Shown here: positions 42,230 to 51,827 of the stretch, piece by piece
Position numbering within the stretch: the first letter of the stretch is position 1
Layout of the letters: every line of letters begins with the position of its first letter
Assembly: GCA_963805625.1 (NCBI GenBank)
Contig: CAWDVE010000010.1
Coordinates: forward strand, 1,632,001-1,696,000
Length of the DNA stretch: 64,000 nucleotides
Direction: 5' to 3'
Source of the DNA: an uncultured Candidatus Rokubacteria bacterium
Lineage (GTDB): Bacteria > Methylomirabilota > Methylomirabilia > Rokubacteriales > DASRDR01
Notes under the pieces: generated by a model
What the model was told of the DNA's origin: nothing
Database searches by the model: none
The model's input: only the letters and a program-made list of their open reading frames with translations
Translations under genes and position numbers: made by a program

Positions 42230-43447
42230 ATGCGCATCACCGCCCTCGAGACCATCCAGCTCGCCGAGTTCCCCAACCTTTGCTTCGTGCGCCTCCACAC
42301 GGACGCCGGCCTGGTCGGCCTCGGCGAGACCTTCTTCGGCGCTCACGAGGTCGCCGCGTACCTTCACGAGACCGCCGCTCCCCGCCTCCTCGGAAAGGAC
42401 CCGTCGGTCATCGACGGCCTCCGGATCGCCATCCAGCAGTACGTGGGAACCCGGAGCACCGGGGTGGAGGCGCGCGGCAACTCGGCGGTCGACATCGCGC
42501 TCTGGGACCTGGCCGGGAAGGCCGCGGGCCTCCCGGTCGTCCAGCTCCTCGGCGGGCAGACGCGCGAGGCGATCCGCGTCTACAACACCTGCGCGGGCTA
42601 CCGGTACGTGCGAGCGGCGATCGGCGCCAACATCCACAACTGGGGGCTCCCGGCGGTCGAGCGGCGGGACGGCCCCTACGAGGATCTCGACGCCTTCCTC
42701 CACGGGCGCGCGGGAGAGCTCGCCCAGAGCCTTCTCGCGCAGGGCGTGACCGGGATGAAGATGTGGCCCTTCGACGAGTACGCCTTCGCGTCCGGCGGGC
42801 TCAACATCACGGCGGCCGAGCTCGACAAGGGCCTCGAGCCTTTCCGCCAGGTGCGCCGGGCGGTCGGCGACCGCATGGACATGATGGTCGAGCTCCACGG
42901 GCTCTGGAACCTCCCCACCGCTCTCAAGATCGCCCGCGCGTTCGAGTCGGAGGGCTTGAATCCCTACTGGATCGAGGACCCGCTCCGCCCGGACGACATC
43001 GCGAGCCTGGCTCGATTCGCCCAGGGCACGAAGCTCCCGACCACGGCCAGCGAGATGCTCGGCGGCCGCCAGGCCTTCCGGGAGCTCTGCGAGGCTCGGG
43101 CCGCGAGCATCGTCATGCTCGACCTCGGCTGGTGCGGCGGGCTCTCCGAGGGCAAAGCCATCGCCTCCCTGGCGGAGGCCTTCGGGCTCCCCGTCGCGCC
43201 GCACGACTGCACGGGCCCCGTGGTGTGGATGGCGAGCGTCCACCTCTCGCTCAACGCGCCGAACGCCCTCATCCAGGAGACGGTGCGGGCGTTCTTCACC
43301 GGCTGGTACACGGAGCTCGTCTCCGGGTTGCCGGTCGTGGAGAACGGGACCGTGCGTCTCGGGTCGAACCGTCCGGGGCTGGGCGTGGAGCTGCTCCCCG
43401 GTCTCCCCGAGCGTCCCGACGCCACCGTCCGCCGGTCGGCCGCGTAG
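42230..43447 (+). CDS. Mandelate racemase / muconate-lactonizing enzyme family (acid-sugar dehydratase-like)
   Basis: GLGET, SAVDIALWDL.GK, KMW, WIEDP, APHDC, PGLGVEL; AAGGAG RBS. Confidence 0.92.
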   Translation: MRITALETIQLAEFPNLCFVRLHTDAGLVGLGETFFGAHEVAAYLHETAAPRLLGKDPSVIDGLRIAIQQYVGTRSTGVEARGNSAVDIALWDLAGKAAGLPVVQLLGGQTREAIRVYNTCAGYRYVRAAIGANIHNWGLPAVERRDGPYEDLDAFLHGRAGELAQSLLAQGVTGMKMWPFDEYAFASGGLNITAAELDKGLEPFRQVRRAVGDRMDMMVELHGLWNLPTALKIARAFESEGLNPYWIEDPLRPDDIASLARFAQGTKLPTTASEMLGGRQAFRELCEARAASIVMLDLGWCGGLSEGKAIASLAEAFGLPVAPHDCTGPVVWMASVHLSLNAPNALIQETVRAFFTGWYTELVSGLPVVENGTVRLGSNRPGLGVELLPGLPERPDATVRRSAA

Positions 43448-43480
43448 CCGGATGACCTGGCTCCGCGCTGGAGACGGATC

Positions 43481-43660
43481 GTGACGTACGAGTGCGCGTT
43501 CTGCGGCGAGGAGAATGAGGTCCTCGTCGACCCTGGGGGAGGCCGTCGCCAGACCTTCACCGAGGACTGCGCGGTCTGCTGCCGGCCCAACCTCATCGCG
43601 CTGGTCGTCGACGAGGATGGCGACGTGGAGCTCCAGGTCACCCAGGAGTACGAGGCGTGA
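43481..43660 (+). CDS. CPXCG-type small cysteine-rich zinc-ribbon protein
   Basis: VTYECAFCGEENEVLVDPGGGRRQTFTEDCAVCCRPN; missing from the ORF track. Confidence 0.85.
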   Translation: MTYECAFCGEENEVLVDPGGGRRQTFTEDCAVCCRPNLIALVVDEDGDVELQVTQEYEA

Positions 43661-44085
43661 GCGCGATCGTCGTGAGCGAGACCGTCCGGGTCCCGGCGAG
43701 CGCGATCACCGTTCGCGCGACTCGCGCCTCCGGTCCCGGCGGCCAGAACGTGAACAAGGTCGCGACGAAGGTCGATCTCCGGGTCGAGCTCGAGGCGATC
43801 GAGGGGCTGAGCGAGGAGGCCCGGCGCCGCCTTCACGGCCTCGTCGCCCGCCGCCTCGACGCCGACGGCCGCCTCGTGGTGACCAGCCAGCTCACCCGCA
43901 CCCAGTCCCTGAACATCGAGGACGCGCGCGCCAAGGTGCGCGAGCTGATCGCTGCCGCCCTGATCCGGCCGGCCCGGCGCCGCGCCACCCGGCCGACGCG
44001 AGGATCCCGGGAGCAGAGAATCGCCGGCAAGAAGCAGCGCGGCGTCGTCAAGCGCCTGCGCACCAGACCCGGTGACTGGTCCTGA
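43657..44085 (+). CDS. arfB: Alternative ribosome-rescue peptidyl-tRNA hydrolase
   Basis: RASGPGGQNVNKV, RTQ..N, basic tail TRPTRGSREQRIAGKKQRG. Confidence 0.95.
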   Translation: MSAIVVSETVRVPASAITVRATRASGPGGQNVNKVATKVDLRVELEAIEGLSEEARRRLHGLVARRLDADGRLVVTSQLTRTQSLNIEDARAKVRELIAAALIRPARRRATRPTRGSREQRIAGKKQRGVVKRLRTRPGDWS

Positions 44086-44258
44086 CCGCGGGCGGAAGAC
44101 GGCCTGGACATGCGAGTGGACGAGATGTGCCGGCGCGTCAGGCTCGCCGACACCGATTGGGTGTTCGCCGGCTCCCGGATTGCGCTAGAGTGACGGCGTT
44201 GGAGACGGTCCGGTCTCAGGCCGCTCGGTAAACCCTCGCGTTCTCGGTGGAGGTCTCC

Positions 44259-44750
44259 GTGCCCGAGCCCCTCGACTTCTGGAGTGCCAGACAGCTCCTC
44301 CAGGCCTACCGCACGAAGACCCTGTCGCCGGTCGAGGCCACCCGGGCCACGCTCTCCCGGATCGACCCCTATCTCCGTGCGGGGGCCGAGGCGGGCCGGA
44401 GCATCACGGCGGCGGCGTATCACGCGGCCCTGATGACCCGTCAGGCCATCGCCGCCCGGATGGAGGCGCTCTACGCGGACCACGACCTCCTCGTGCTGCC
44501 CGGCTTCCACGTCCCGCCTCCGCCGGTGCCGGGCCTGCCCGACGGTCTGCGAGGCAAGGCACCCGCCCTGACGTGCTGAGCGAACCACACCGGTCAGCCG
44601 GTGGCCAGCGTCCCCTGCGGGCTCACGCGAGACGGGTTGCCCATCGGCGTGCAGATCGCGGGGCCGCGCTTCGCCGACGTGCGCGTGCTGCGGGCCGCGC
44701 GCGCCTACGAGTCGGCCCGCGGGCCGTTCCCCCACCCGTCCCTGGCATGA
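44259..44750 (+). pseudogene. Amidase-signature family gene with a large internal deletion and a nonsense codon
   Basis: N-terminus (LSPVEATRATLSRID) joined directly to C-terminus (DLLVLP..NHTGQPVASVPCG..GLPIGVQI); catalytic GGSS region absent; TGA at 44577-44579. Confidence 0.82.
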
Positions 44751-44812
44751 ATCACCCGATCGGTCCGCCCCGTCCGGACCGCTCATTCACGCATCGAACA
44801 GGAGGAGGGAGC

Positions 44813-46417
44813 ATGCGCATCGCCACCGGTACTGCCTGGCATCGGTCCTGGATGGTCCTTGCTGCGGTCCTGTCCCTGACCGTCTTCGCCACCAGCGTCC
44901 CTGCCCAGCCCGTCGCCGGCGGGGACTTCACCTTCGGGTACTCGTCGAGCTTCGTCGACATCCTCGACCCGCACGTGACCTCCCAGTCGATCAGCCACTT
45001 CATCATGCTGAACATCTTCGACCCGCTGGTGTCCTTGCGGGCCGACGGCCAGGTCTTCCCCGGGCTCGCTGAGTCCTGGACGTCCACCCCGGACGGACTC
45101 GTCTGGATCTTCAAGCTCAAGCCCGGCGTCAAGTTCCACGACGGCACGCCGCTCAATGCCGAGGCCGTCAAGTTCAGCTTCGACCGGATGGTCGATCCGG
45201 AGACCAAGTCCCGCCAGGCCGGGGTCGCCCTCCGGGGCTTCTACGACCGGAGCGAAGTGGTGGACGCGACGACCGTGCGGATCGTCCTCAAGAAGCCGAA
45301 GGCGTCCTTCCTGACCGTGATCAGCCAGGTCTTCTTCGCGCCCGTCTCTCCCAAGGCCGTCAAGGAGCTCGGGGCGGAGTTCGGCCGCCAGCCGGTCGGC
45401 ACCGGGCCCTTCAAGTTCGTGGAGTGGGTGCAGAACCAGCACGTGAAGCTCGCCCGCAACCCGGACTACAACTGGGGCGCGTCCTATCTCCACAAGGGGC
45501 CGGCGCACTTTGCCACCCTCACCTTCCGTCAGATTCCCGACGCCGGCGCCCGGCTCGCCGCGCTGGAGTCCGGGCAGGTGGACGCGATCGACCTGCCGCC
45601 GACGCATCAGATCCAGCGTCTGAAGGCCGATCCGCGGTTCCAGGTGAAGAGCGCGGCGCAGCCGGGCATGCCGTGGGGCTGGCCGATGAACACGAAGCGC
45701 GCACCCACGACGGACCTCAAGGTGCGCCAGGCGATGATCTACGCCCTCGACCGTGAGGGACTGGTGCGGAGCGTGCACCAGGGCACCTTCAAGCCCGCCT
45801 ACGGCCCACTGACGCCGGCGACGTTCGGCTACAACCCGGCGGTCGAGAAGATGTACCCCTACGACCCCCGCAAGGCGGAGGCGCTCCTGGACGAGGCAGG
45901 CTGGAAGAAGGGCGCGGACGGCATGCGGGCCAAGGACGGCACCCCGCTGGTCATCGAGCACTACGTCTTCTACACGACGGCCGAGGCCGAGTTCGTCCAG
46001 GCCGACTTCCGGAAGGTGGGGATCAAGACGAACATCTCCCTGCAGGAGGTCGGGACCGTCAACCAGGTAGCCACCGAGGGGGTCAAGAACAACCTCGCCC
46101 CGCTGCCCTTCGCCTCCCTGGACCCCGAGCTGATGTCGATCCTGTTCCACTCCCGCAACCAGGGAAAGGGCTTCGCCTGGACCTTCCAGAACATCAAGCA
46201 GATCGACGACCTGCTGGACCAGGGCGAGATGGAGCTGGACCCCAAGAAGCGGGCGGAGATCTACGGTCGCTTCCAGGTCCTCGCGATGGAGAACGCGCTC
46301 TTCCTGCCGGCGTTCGTCCGGGAGACCATCCACGTCTACCGGAGCCAGGTGCAGGACGTCCAGTTCAACCGGCGGGGCTACGACGCGTACTTCGCCGAGA
46401 TGTGGCTGAAGAAGTAG
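44813..46417 (+). CDS. Peptide/nickel ABC transporter substrate-binding protein (family 5)
   Basis: Signal peptide, LDPH, LAESW, FHDGTP, GTGPF. Confidence 0.92.
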   Translation: MRIATGTAWHRSWMVLAAVLSLTVFATSVPAQPVAGGDFTFGYSSSFVDILDPHVTSQSISHFIMLNIFDPLVSLRADGQVFPGLAESWTSTPDGLVWIFKLKPGVKFHDGTPLNAEAVKFSFDRMVDPETKSRQAGVALRGFYDRSEVVDATTVRIVLKKPKASFLTVISQVFFAPVSPKAVKELGAEFGRQPVGTGPFKFVEWVQNQHVKLARNPDYNWGASYLHKGPAHFATLTFRQIPDAGARLAALESGQVDAIDLPPTHQIQRLKADPRFQVKSAAQPGMPWGWPMNTKRAPTTDLKVRQAMIYALDREGLVRSVHQGTFKPAYGPLTPATFGYNPAVEKMYPYDPRKAEALLDEAGWKKGADGMRAKDGTPLVIEHYVFYTTAEAEFVQADFRKVGIKTNISLQEVGTVNQVATEGVKNNLAPLPFASLDPELMSILFHSRNQGKGFAWTFQNIKQIDDLLDQGEMELDPKKRAEIYGRFQVLAMENALFLPAFVRETIHVYRSQVQDVQFNRRGYDAYFAEMWLKK

Positions 46418-46441
46418 CCTCGCGGCCGGCCGGACCCAGGC

Positions 46442-46491
46442 CGGGAGCCGGGTGATGCATCCGGCCCCCCGGCTCCCGCGCCGGGGGGCCG
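46442..46491 (+). other. Intercistronic hairpin(s) between the SBP and permease genes
   Basis: CGGCCCCCCGGC-tcccgc-GCCGGGGGGCCG, overlapping an alternative CGGGAGCCGGG/CCCGGCTCCCG pairing. Confidence 0.55.
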
Positions 46492-46502
46492 TCTAGGAAC
46501 TC

Positions 46503-47432
46503 GTGGCCCGCTTTCTCGCCTGGCGACTGGCCGCCACCCTGTTCGTCCTGCTCGGGGTGGCGGCCGCCGTGTTCACGCTCATGAACACGCTTCCCGGCGA
46601 TCCCGCCACCATGCTGGTGTCCCACTTCGGCGCCTCGGCCAAGGACATCGAGATCCTGCGCGAGCAGCTCGGCCTGAACGACCCGTTCCTGGTCCGGTTC
46701 GTACGCTTCCTCGGGGGCGCGCTCCGGGGGGATCTCGGCAAGTCGTTCCAGCAGAACCGCCCGGTGGCGCGCATCCTGCTCGAGAACACGTGGCCGACCG
46801 TCCAGCTGGCCCTGGTGTCGGTGGGACTGGCCACCGTGATCGGCGTGCTCGCCGGGGTGGCCGCGGCCGTGCGCCGCGGCCGCTGGGCAGACTTCCTGAC
46901 CATGCTGGTCTCCCTCGTCGGCATCTCGATGCCCGGGTTCTGGCTCGGGCTCATGCTGATGCTGGTGTTCGCCGTCCAGCTGCGATGGCTTCCCGCGCTG
47001 GGCGGCCAGGGCTGGTCGGGCATGGCGCTGCCGGCCCTCACGCTGGCGCTCCCGGCCGCGGCGACGGTCGCGCGGCTCACGCGCTCGAGCATGCTGGAGG
47101 TGCTGGGCGAGGACTACCTGCGCTCTGCGCGGGCGAAGGGGCTGCCCGAGCGCACCGTCATCTACCGTCACGCGCTGCGGAACGCGCTGATCGCGATCAT
47201 CACGTTCGTCGGACTGCAGTTCGGCCTGCTGCTGGGCGGAAGCGTCGTCGTGGAGTCGCTCTTCTCCCGCCAGGGGCTGGGGCAGCTCGTCGTAGCCGCC
47301 GTGTTCGCCCGCGACATCCCCATCGTCCAGGGCTGGTGTTTGCTGATCGCCGCCACCTACAGCCTGGTGAACCTGGCGGTCGATCTCTCCTACGCGCTGG
47401 TCAACCCGAGGATTCGCTACGATACCCGGTAG
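46503..47432 (+). CDS. Peptide ABC transporter permease (DppB-like)
   Basis: PGDPA, GDLGKS, ARAKGL..HALRNA, NPRIR. Confidence 0.92.
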   Translation: MARFLAWRLAATLFVLLGVAAAVFTLMNTLPGDPATMLVSHFGASAKDIEILREQLGLNDPFLVRFVRFLGGALRGDLGKSFQQNRPVARILLENTWPTVQLALVSVGLATVIGVLAGVAAAVRRGRWADFLTMLVSLVGISMPGFWLGLMLMLVFAVQLRWLPALGGQGWSGMALPALTLALPAAATVARLTRSSMLEVLGEDYLRSARAKGLPERTVIYRHALRNALIAIITFVGLQFGLLLGGSVVVESLFSRQGLGQLVVAAVFARDIPIVQGWCLLIAATYSLVNLAVDLSYALVNPRIRYDTR

Positions 47433-48297
47433 CGACGCCCAGAGTCCTCCGCCCCCCCGCGCCTCGGCCTACCCCGAGCTCCGACGCTTCCTGCGCCACA
47501 AGGGCGCGGTCACGGGCAGTGTGCTGCTGCTCGTCCTGATCGCGATGGCGGTGGCCGCCCCCTGGCTCGCGCCCTACGACCCGATCGCCCAGGATCAGCG
47601 GGCGTCTCTGCGCGCCCCCGGCTCGGCCCACCTCCTGGGGACCGACGTCTTCGGACGGGATATCCTGACCCGCGTGATCTGGGGCGGACGCCAATCGCTT
47701 CGCGTCGGGTTGCTCGCGGTCGCCGTAGGCGGCGTGCCCGGAACGGTCCTCGGGCTGCTGGCCGGCTTCTACCGCGGCTGGACCGGCACGGTCGTCCTCC
47801 GGCTCACCGACCTCCTGCTCGCCCTCCCCGGCATCCTGCTCGCCCTGACCATCGTGGCAGCCACCGGGCCCAGCCTCGAGAACCTCATCGTGGCGGTCGG
47901 TGTCTCCTCAATGCCGGCCTATGTACGCGTCGTCAACGGCGCGGTGCTGGACGTGACGACGCGAACGTTCATCGAGGCGAGCCGCGCCTCGGGCGCTGCG
48001 GATCTGCGGGTGCTGGGTCGCCACGTGGTGCCCAACGTGCTGGCGCCGATCATCGTGCTCAGCACGCTCGGTCTCGGCAACGCCCTCCTCGTCGCGGCCA
48101 CGCTGAGCTTCCTCGGCCTGGGCGCGCAGCCGCCGACCCCCGAGTGGGGCGCCATGCTCAGTCAGGGCCGGGAGTTCATCTTTGGTTATTGGTGGATCGC
48201 CACCTTCCCCGGCGTCGCGATCCTGCTGGCGGTGATCGGCGCCAACCTGCTCGGCGAGGGGATGCGCGATCTCCTGGATCCCCGGCTCCGGGTGTAG
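47419..48297 (+). CDS. Peptide ABC transporter permease (DppC-like); start codon unclear
   Basis: LLGTDVFGRD, LSFLGLGAQPPTPEWG, DLLDPR; frame continues upstream of GTG 47521 through RRFLRHK to ACG at 47419. Confidence 0.88.
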   Translation, partial: TIPGSDAQSPPPPRASAYPELRRFLRHKGAVTGSVLLLVLIAMAVAAPWLAPYDPIAQDQRASLRAPGSAHLLGTDVFGRDILTRVIWGGRQSLRVGLLAVAVGGVPGTVLGLLAGFYRGWTGTVVLRLTDLLLALPGILLALTIVAATGPSLENLIVAVGVSSMPAYVRVVNGAVLDVTTRTFIEASRASGAADLRVLGRHVVPNVLAPIIVLSTLGLGNALLVAATLSFLGLGAQPPTPEWGAMLSQGREFIFGYWWIATFPGVAILLAVIGANLLGEGMRDLLDPRLRV

Positions 48298-48317
48298 CGA
48301 TGACGAGGACCTGACCC

Positions 48318-48570
48318 ATGCGCATCGTGATCGGGCCCCTCCCGTGGACCCCGGCGGGGCCATCCGTCCTCATCACGGCCGGCAACCGGGGCGAGCTCCT
48401 GCCTGCGCAGTTCGATCGCTTCGCCCGCCTGGGCGACGGCATCATCACGACGTACGTCGAGACCGCAGAGTGCCATGTCGTGCGCGAGCTCGGCGACGAG
48501 GCGCTGGCGCGTCATGGCCGCGCGCTGCCGGGCTTCCCGCTCTGCGTCTACACGACGGTGCGGCTGGTCG
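48318..48570 (+). pseudogene. Fragment of an LLM-class flavin-dependent oxidoreductase
   Basis: GPLPWTPAGPSVLITAG..FDRFARLGDGIIT resembles the LLM mid-region; fused to an MRI start and truncated at the 3' end. Confidence 0.5.
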
Positions 48571-48730
48571 GCGAGCCGACTGGAAGCCGCGCCGAGCGGG
48601 ACGAGCCGGTGGCCGGGTGGGATCCAGCAATGCCCGCGCCTGGCTCACGACGAAGCTCGAGAGCGGGATGTCGCGCGGGGCGATACCTCTCTCACGCCCG
48701 GGGATCGGGCCGCCGCGACCAAGCTCGCCA

Positions 48731-49924
48731 TCAGGGCCTGAGCCGACGGAGAGCCGCACCGACTCGATCAATTGCGAACTGGCGGTCTTGGAGAAGCGCG
48801 TCGTGCCGTTCCTGAAGCTCACTCAAGGAACGCGCGAGGGCCTCCCTGTCCCGGAGCAAGGCTGCATGGGCTATCTCGAGCCTCACCAAGACTTGGCTCT
48901 TCGCGTCAAGCTCCTGACTCGTTCGCACGAGGGCGGCTCGGTTTTCCTGGAGGTCGCCGGCGAGACGTTCGATCTCGGACCGTCGCTCGAGTCGCTCGCG
49001 CAGCAGCGCCTCGACCGCGTCGACCCGACGCTCCCAGCTCCGGGCAAGCTGCCGAATGACCTCCATCTTCGTTCGGATGACATCAAGCGCGGTTCCCGGC
49101 TTTTCCCGCTCGCCGCCCCCCCGGTCACCGCATCCGATCGGGACGTTCGCGTCCTGTTCGGGAGCGCGGGCGGACGGCATCACTCGCTCCATCGCATCCT
49201 GTGCTGTCCCTTCGCGCCTTGCGACCATAGGCGGGTGAAGGGACCCGAGGTCTCCGCGCTCTCCGTAGAGCCGCGAGAGCGCCCGTTCCAGCGCATCAGC
49301 CGTGGCCGTGGCCACGTCGATCCGATACCCGGTGCACGAGCGTACCTCGGCGACGACCTCGGCGTCGGTCGGATCATCCATGGCCAGGACAATCCGGTCA
49401 TCGGCCTTGGCTATCGGCATCGCCCGGTGGTGGCGTGCGTAACGCTCGCTGATCAGAGCCGTGAGGCCTGGATCGATTGACCGGCGGTCGAGATCGACAA
49501 ACGCGACCCTGAGCTGGATGCTGAGCGCGTGCTTGAACTGCCGCTCGGTGATGTACCCGAGCTCGATCAGAGTCTCGCCCAGCGGGGAGCCGGTACGCCT
49601 CTGGCAGGCGAGCGCAGTCTCGAGCTGAGCCGACGTGAGGAGATTCGTCTCGATCAGGATGTCACCGAGCAGGTGCTCTCGCCGGTACTTGCCGAGGACG
49701 GCGTTGAGCTCGTGCGGCGTGATCAGCTTCCGGTCGACGAGCATCTGTCCGAGCAGCGGGCGTGGCTCGGTCTGCTGTTGGAGTGCCAGCACCTGTTCGA
49801 GCTGAGTCTGGTTGATCAGTCTGTCCTTGACCAGCAGTCCACCGAGAAAGGGATGGCGGCGCGGACGGGCGCCGTGGATAGCTGTCGAGGCTCCCCGGGT
49901 GGCGTTCAGCTCCGCTACGTTCAT
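48731..49924 (-). CDS. Protein with four MshEN-like repeats, a GspE/PilB N-terminal domain and a coiled coil; no ATPase domain
   Basis: Four LGxxL..LI....L...L..Q repeats, LAMDDP motif, heptad-rich tail; GGAGG RBS. Confidence 0.8.
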   Translation of the reverse strand: MNVAELNATRGASTAIHGARPRRHPFLGGLLVKDRLINQTQLEQVLALQQQTEPRPLLGQMLVDRKLITPHELNAVLGKYRREHLLGDILIETNLLTSAQLETALACQRRTGSPLGETLIELGYITERQFKHALSIQLRVAFVDLDRRSIDPGLTALISERYARHHRAMPIAKADDRIVLAMDDPTDAEVVAEVRSCTGYRIDVATATADALERALSRLYGERGDLGSLHPPMVARREGTAQDAMERVMPSARAPEQDANVPIGCGDRGGGEREKPGTALDVIRTKMEVIRQLARSWERRVDAVEALLRERLERRSEIERLAGDLQENRAALVRTSQELDAKSQVLVRLEIAHAALLRDREALARSLSELQERHDALLQDRQFAIDRVGAALRRLRP

Positions 49925-50221
49925 CACGTTCTCCTCCACCGACACGGGCCACCTGACGGGTCGAAGGGCCCGGCCCCAGCGAGGACGGCTCTGGGACTTA
50001 GAATTGTACGGGAGAGGGGGGGTCCAGACCGCAATCCGCGTCGCGGTCACGATCCGCATTACTTCGCAATCACTTACGGGCTCCGGGCCGCCGACCTCGG
50101 AGCACCTCGCGAGGGCAAGGACGGCGAGAGAACGTGTCACCGTCGGCCTTCCCCAGGGCTCCAAGATCCCGGGCAAACGGCGAGGAGTGGCTCGGAGGGG
50201 CGCGGCCCCGCGCTCCTCGCC

Positions 50222-50647
50222 TCAGCAATCCGTGGAGGAGCCGGCCGAGCGCCGGCACGCCTCCAGCAAGTCCGGAAAGTGAGACACGACGGCCGCCCGG
50301 GCTCGAGCGTAACCGTCACTCACGGCCGGGACCTCGGCCCACTGCTCCACGGGAACCCCGGGCGGGGCCATCTCGCTGACGTCGCACCCGAAAGCGATGA
50401 CGCGCGAGGCCCCGGCCAGATCCTCCGGCCGGAGGGCGCGCGGCCGCTCCTCACGGACATCGAGCCCCTCGGCCAGCAGGCCATGCGCGGCTGCCGACGA
50501 GACCTCCGGGTCCGGTTCGATACCACGCGCGACGGCCTCGACCGGCACCCGGGCGCGTGTGGCCTCCTGTCCGAAGAGTGCGGCGGCCAGCACGCTCTTC
50601 GCGGCCCCATGCAGACAGACGAACACGACCTTCGCGGTTGTCGCCAT
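50222..50647 (-). CDS. Low-molecular-weight phosphatase / arsenate-reductase-fold protein with an atypical P-loop
   Basis: VVFVCLHGAAKS, ARGIEP, VIAFGC, W..VP. Confidence 0.75.
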   Translation of the reverse strand: MATTAKVVFVCLHGAAKSVLAAALFGQEATRARVPVEAVARGIEPDPEVSSAAAHGLLAEGLDVREERPRALRPEDLAGASRVIAFGCDVSEMAPPGVPVEQWAEVPAVSDGYARARAAVVSHFPDLLEACRRSAGSSTDC

Positions 50648-50696
50648 GACATGCCTCCCAGTCAAGACGGTTTGAAGTCCAACGCCCCCGTCCGCC

Positions 50697-51827
50697 TCAC
50701 GACCCTCCTCGTAGCGACACGAGGACCAGCCCCGCCAGCGCGCCGCCGATGATCAGGAAGGGTTCCGGCACCCTGTAGCGCCAGCTGAGCCCGAGCGCGA
50801 GCCCGGCGATGCACAGCGTGGGGACGTCGACGACCGCGCGCCGGGCCAGGACGACGCAGGCACCGGCGATCGCCCCGGAGGCGGCAGCAGTCACCCCCGT
50901 CACGAACGCCTTGACCTGGGGATTCTCGTTGATCCGATCGAACCATCGAAAGGGAACGACCACAAAAAGGTACACGGGCAGGAAGACTCCGATCGACGCG
51001 GCCACCGCGCCCGGGAACTGCGCGACCAGGTAGCCGATGAATGCCACCGTGATCACGACAGGCCCCGGCGTCAGCATGGCCACGGCCACGGCGTCGAGGA
51101 ACTGGCGATCGTTCAGCCAGGCATGCTCCTGGACCACTCCGCCGTAGAGAAAGGGGACGATCGCGAGCCCGCTCCCGAAGACGAAGGCGCCCGCCTTCGT
51201 GAAGAACCACGCCAGCTGCACCAGCACGCCCGGCACCGCCACGCTGAGACAGGCGGTGGAGGTCCACCGGAGCCAGGCGGGCGGGGCGTGGACGAGCCAG
51301 TACGCCACGCCGCAGAGAACGAAGAGGGCGGCGATCTCCGACTCGGTCCACGCTGTCACGATCCCCATCACGGCGAAGATCACCCATTGCACGCGGTCCC
51401 GGGCCAGCGTCAGCGTCGCGAGCTTCCACGCGGCCCGGACGATGATCCCGATCACGGTGGCGCCCACGCCGTAGAAGGCCGCCTGCATCCAGGTCAGCCC
51501 GCCGTACCGCACGTAGAGCCAGCCGATGCCGACCGTCATCACGAACGAGGGCAGGATGAAGGCGAGGGCGACGAGGGTAGCGCCCCGCACCCGGGAGTGG
51601 ATGTACCCGAGGCAGATCGCAAGCTGGGCGGCGAGGGGTCCGGGGGCGAGCTGGGAGAGTGCGAGGGACTTCAGATACTCCTCCCGCGTGAACCAGCCTC
51701 GGCGCTCGACCAGGTCGCGCTGCATGTAGCCCACCAGCGCCACGGGCCCCCCGAAGCCCAGGCTGCCCAGATAGAGGAAGTACCGGAGCAAGGCCGGCGC
51801 CGATGGTCGCTGTAGCGTCTGTTGCAT
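50697..51827 (-). CDS. chrA: Chromate efflux transporter (long-chain CHR)
   Basis: LGFGGP, LSQLAPGP, AFVFGSG, AMLTPGP. Confidence 0.93.
   Translation of the reverse strand: MQQTLQRPSAPALLRYFLYLGSLGFGGPVALVGYMQRDLVERRGWFTREEYLKSLALSQLAPGPLAAQLAICLGYIHSRVRGATLVALAFILPSFVMTVGIGWLYVRYGGLTWMQAAFYGVGATVIGIIVRAAWKLATLTLARDRVQWVIFAVMGIVTAWTESEIAALFVLCGVAYWLVHAPPAWLRWTSTACLSVAVPGVLVQLAWFFTKAGAFVFGSGLAIVPFLYGGVVQEHAWLNDRQFLDAVAVAMLTPGPVVITVAFIGYLVAQFPGAVAASIGVFLPVYLFVVVPFRWFDRINENPQVKAFVTGVTAAASGAIAGACVVLARRAVVDVPTLCIAGLALGLSWRYRVPEPFLIIGGALAGLVLVSLRGGS

Noticed and set aside
44577-44579. In-frame TGA in the amidase as selenocysteine or readthrough
   Set aside because: Gene already lacks its catalytic core; the position fits Trp (TGG to TGA) decay
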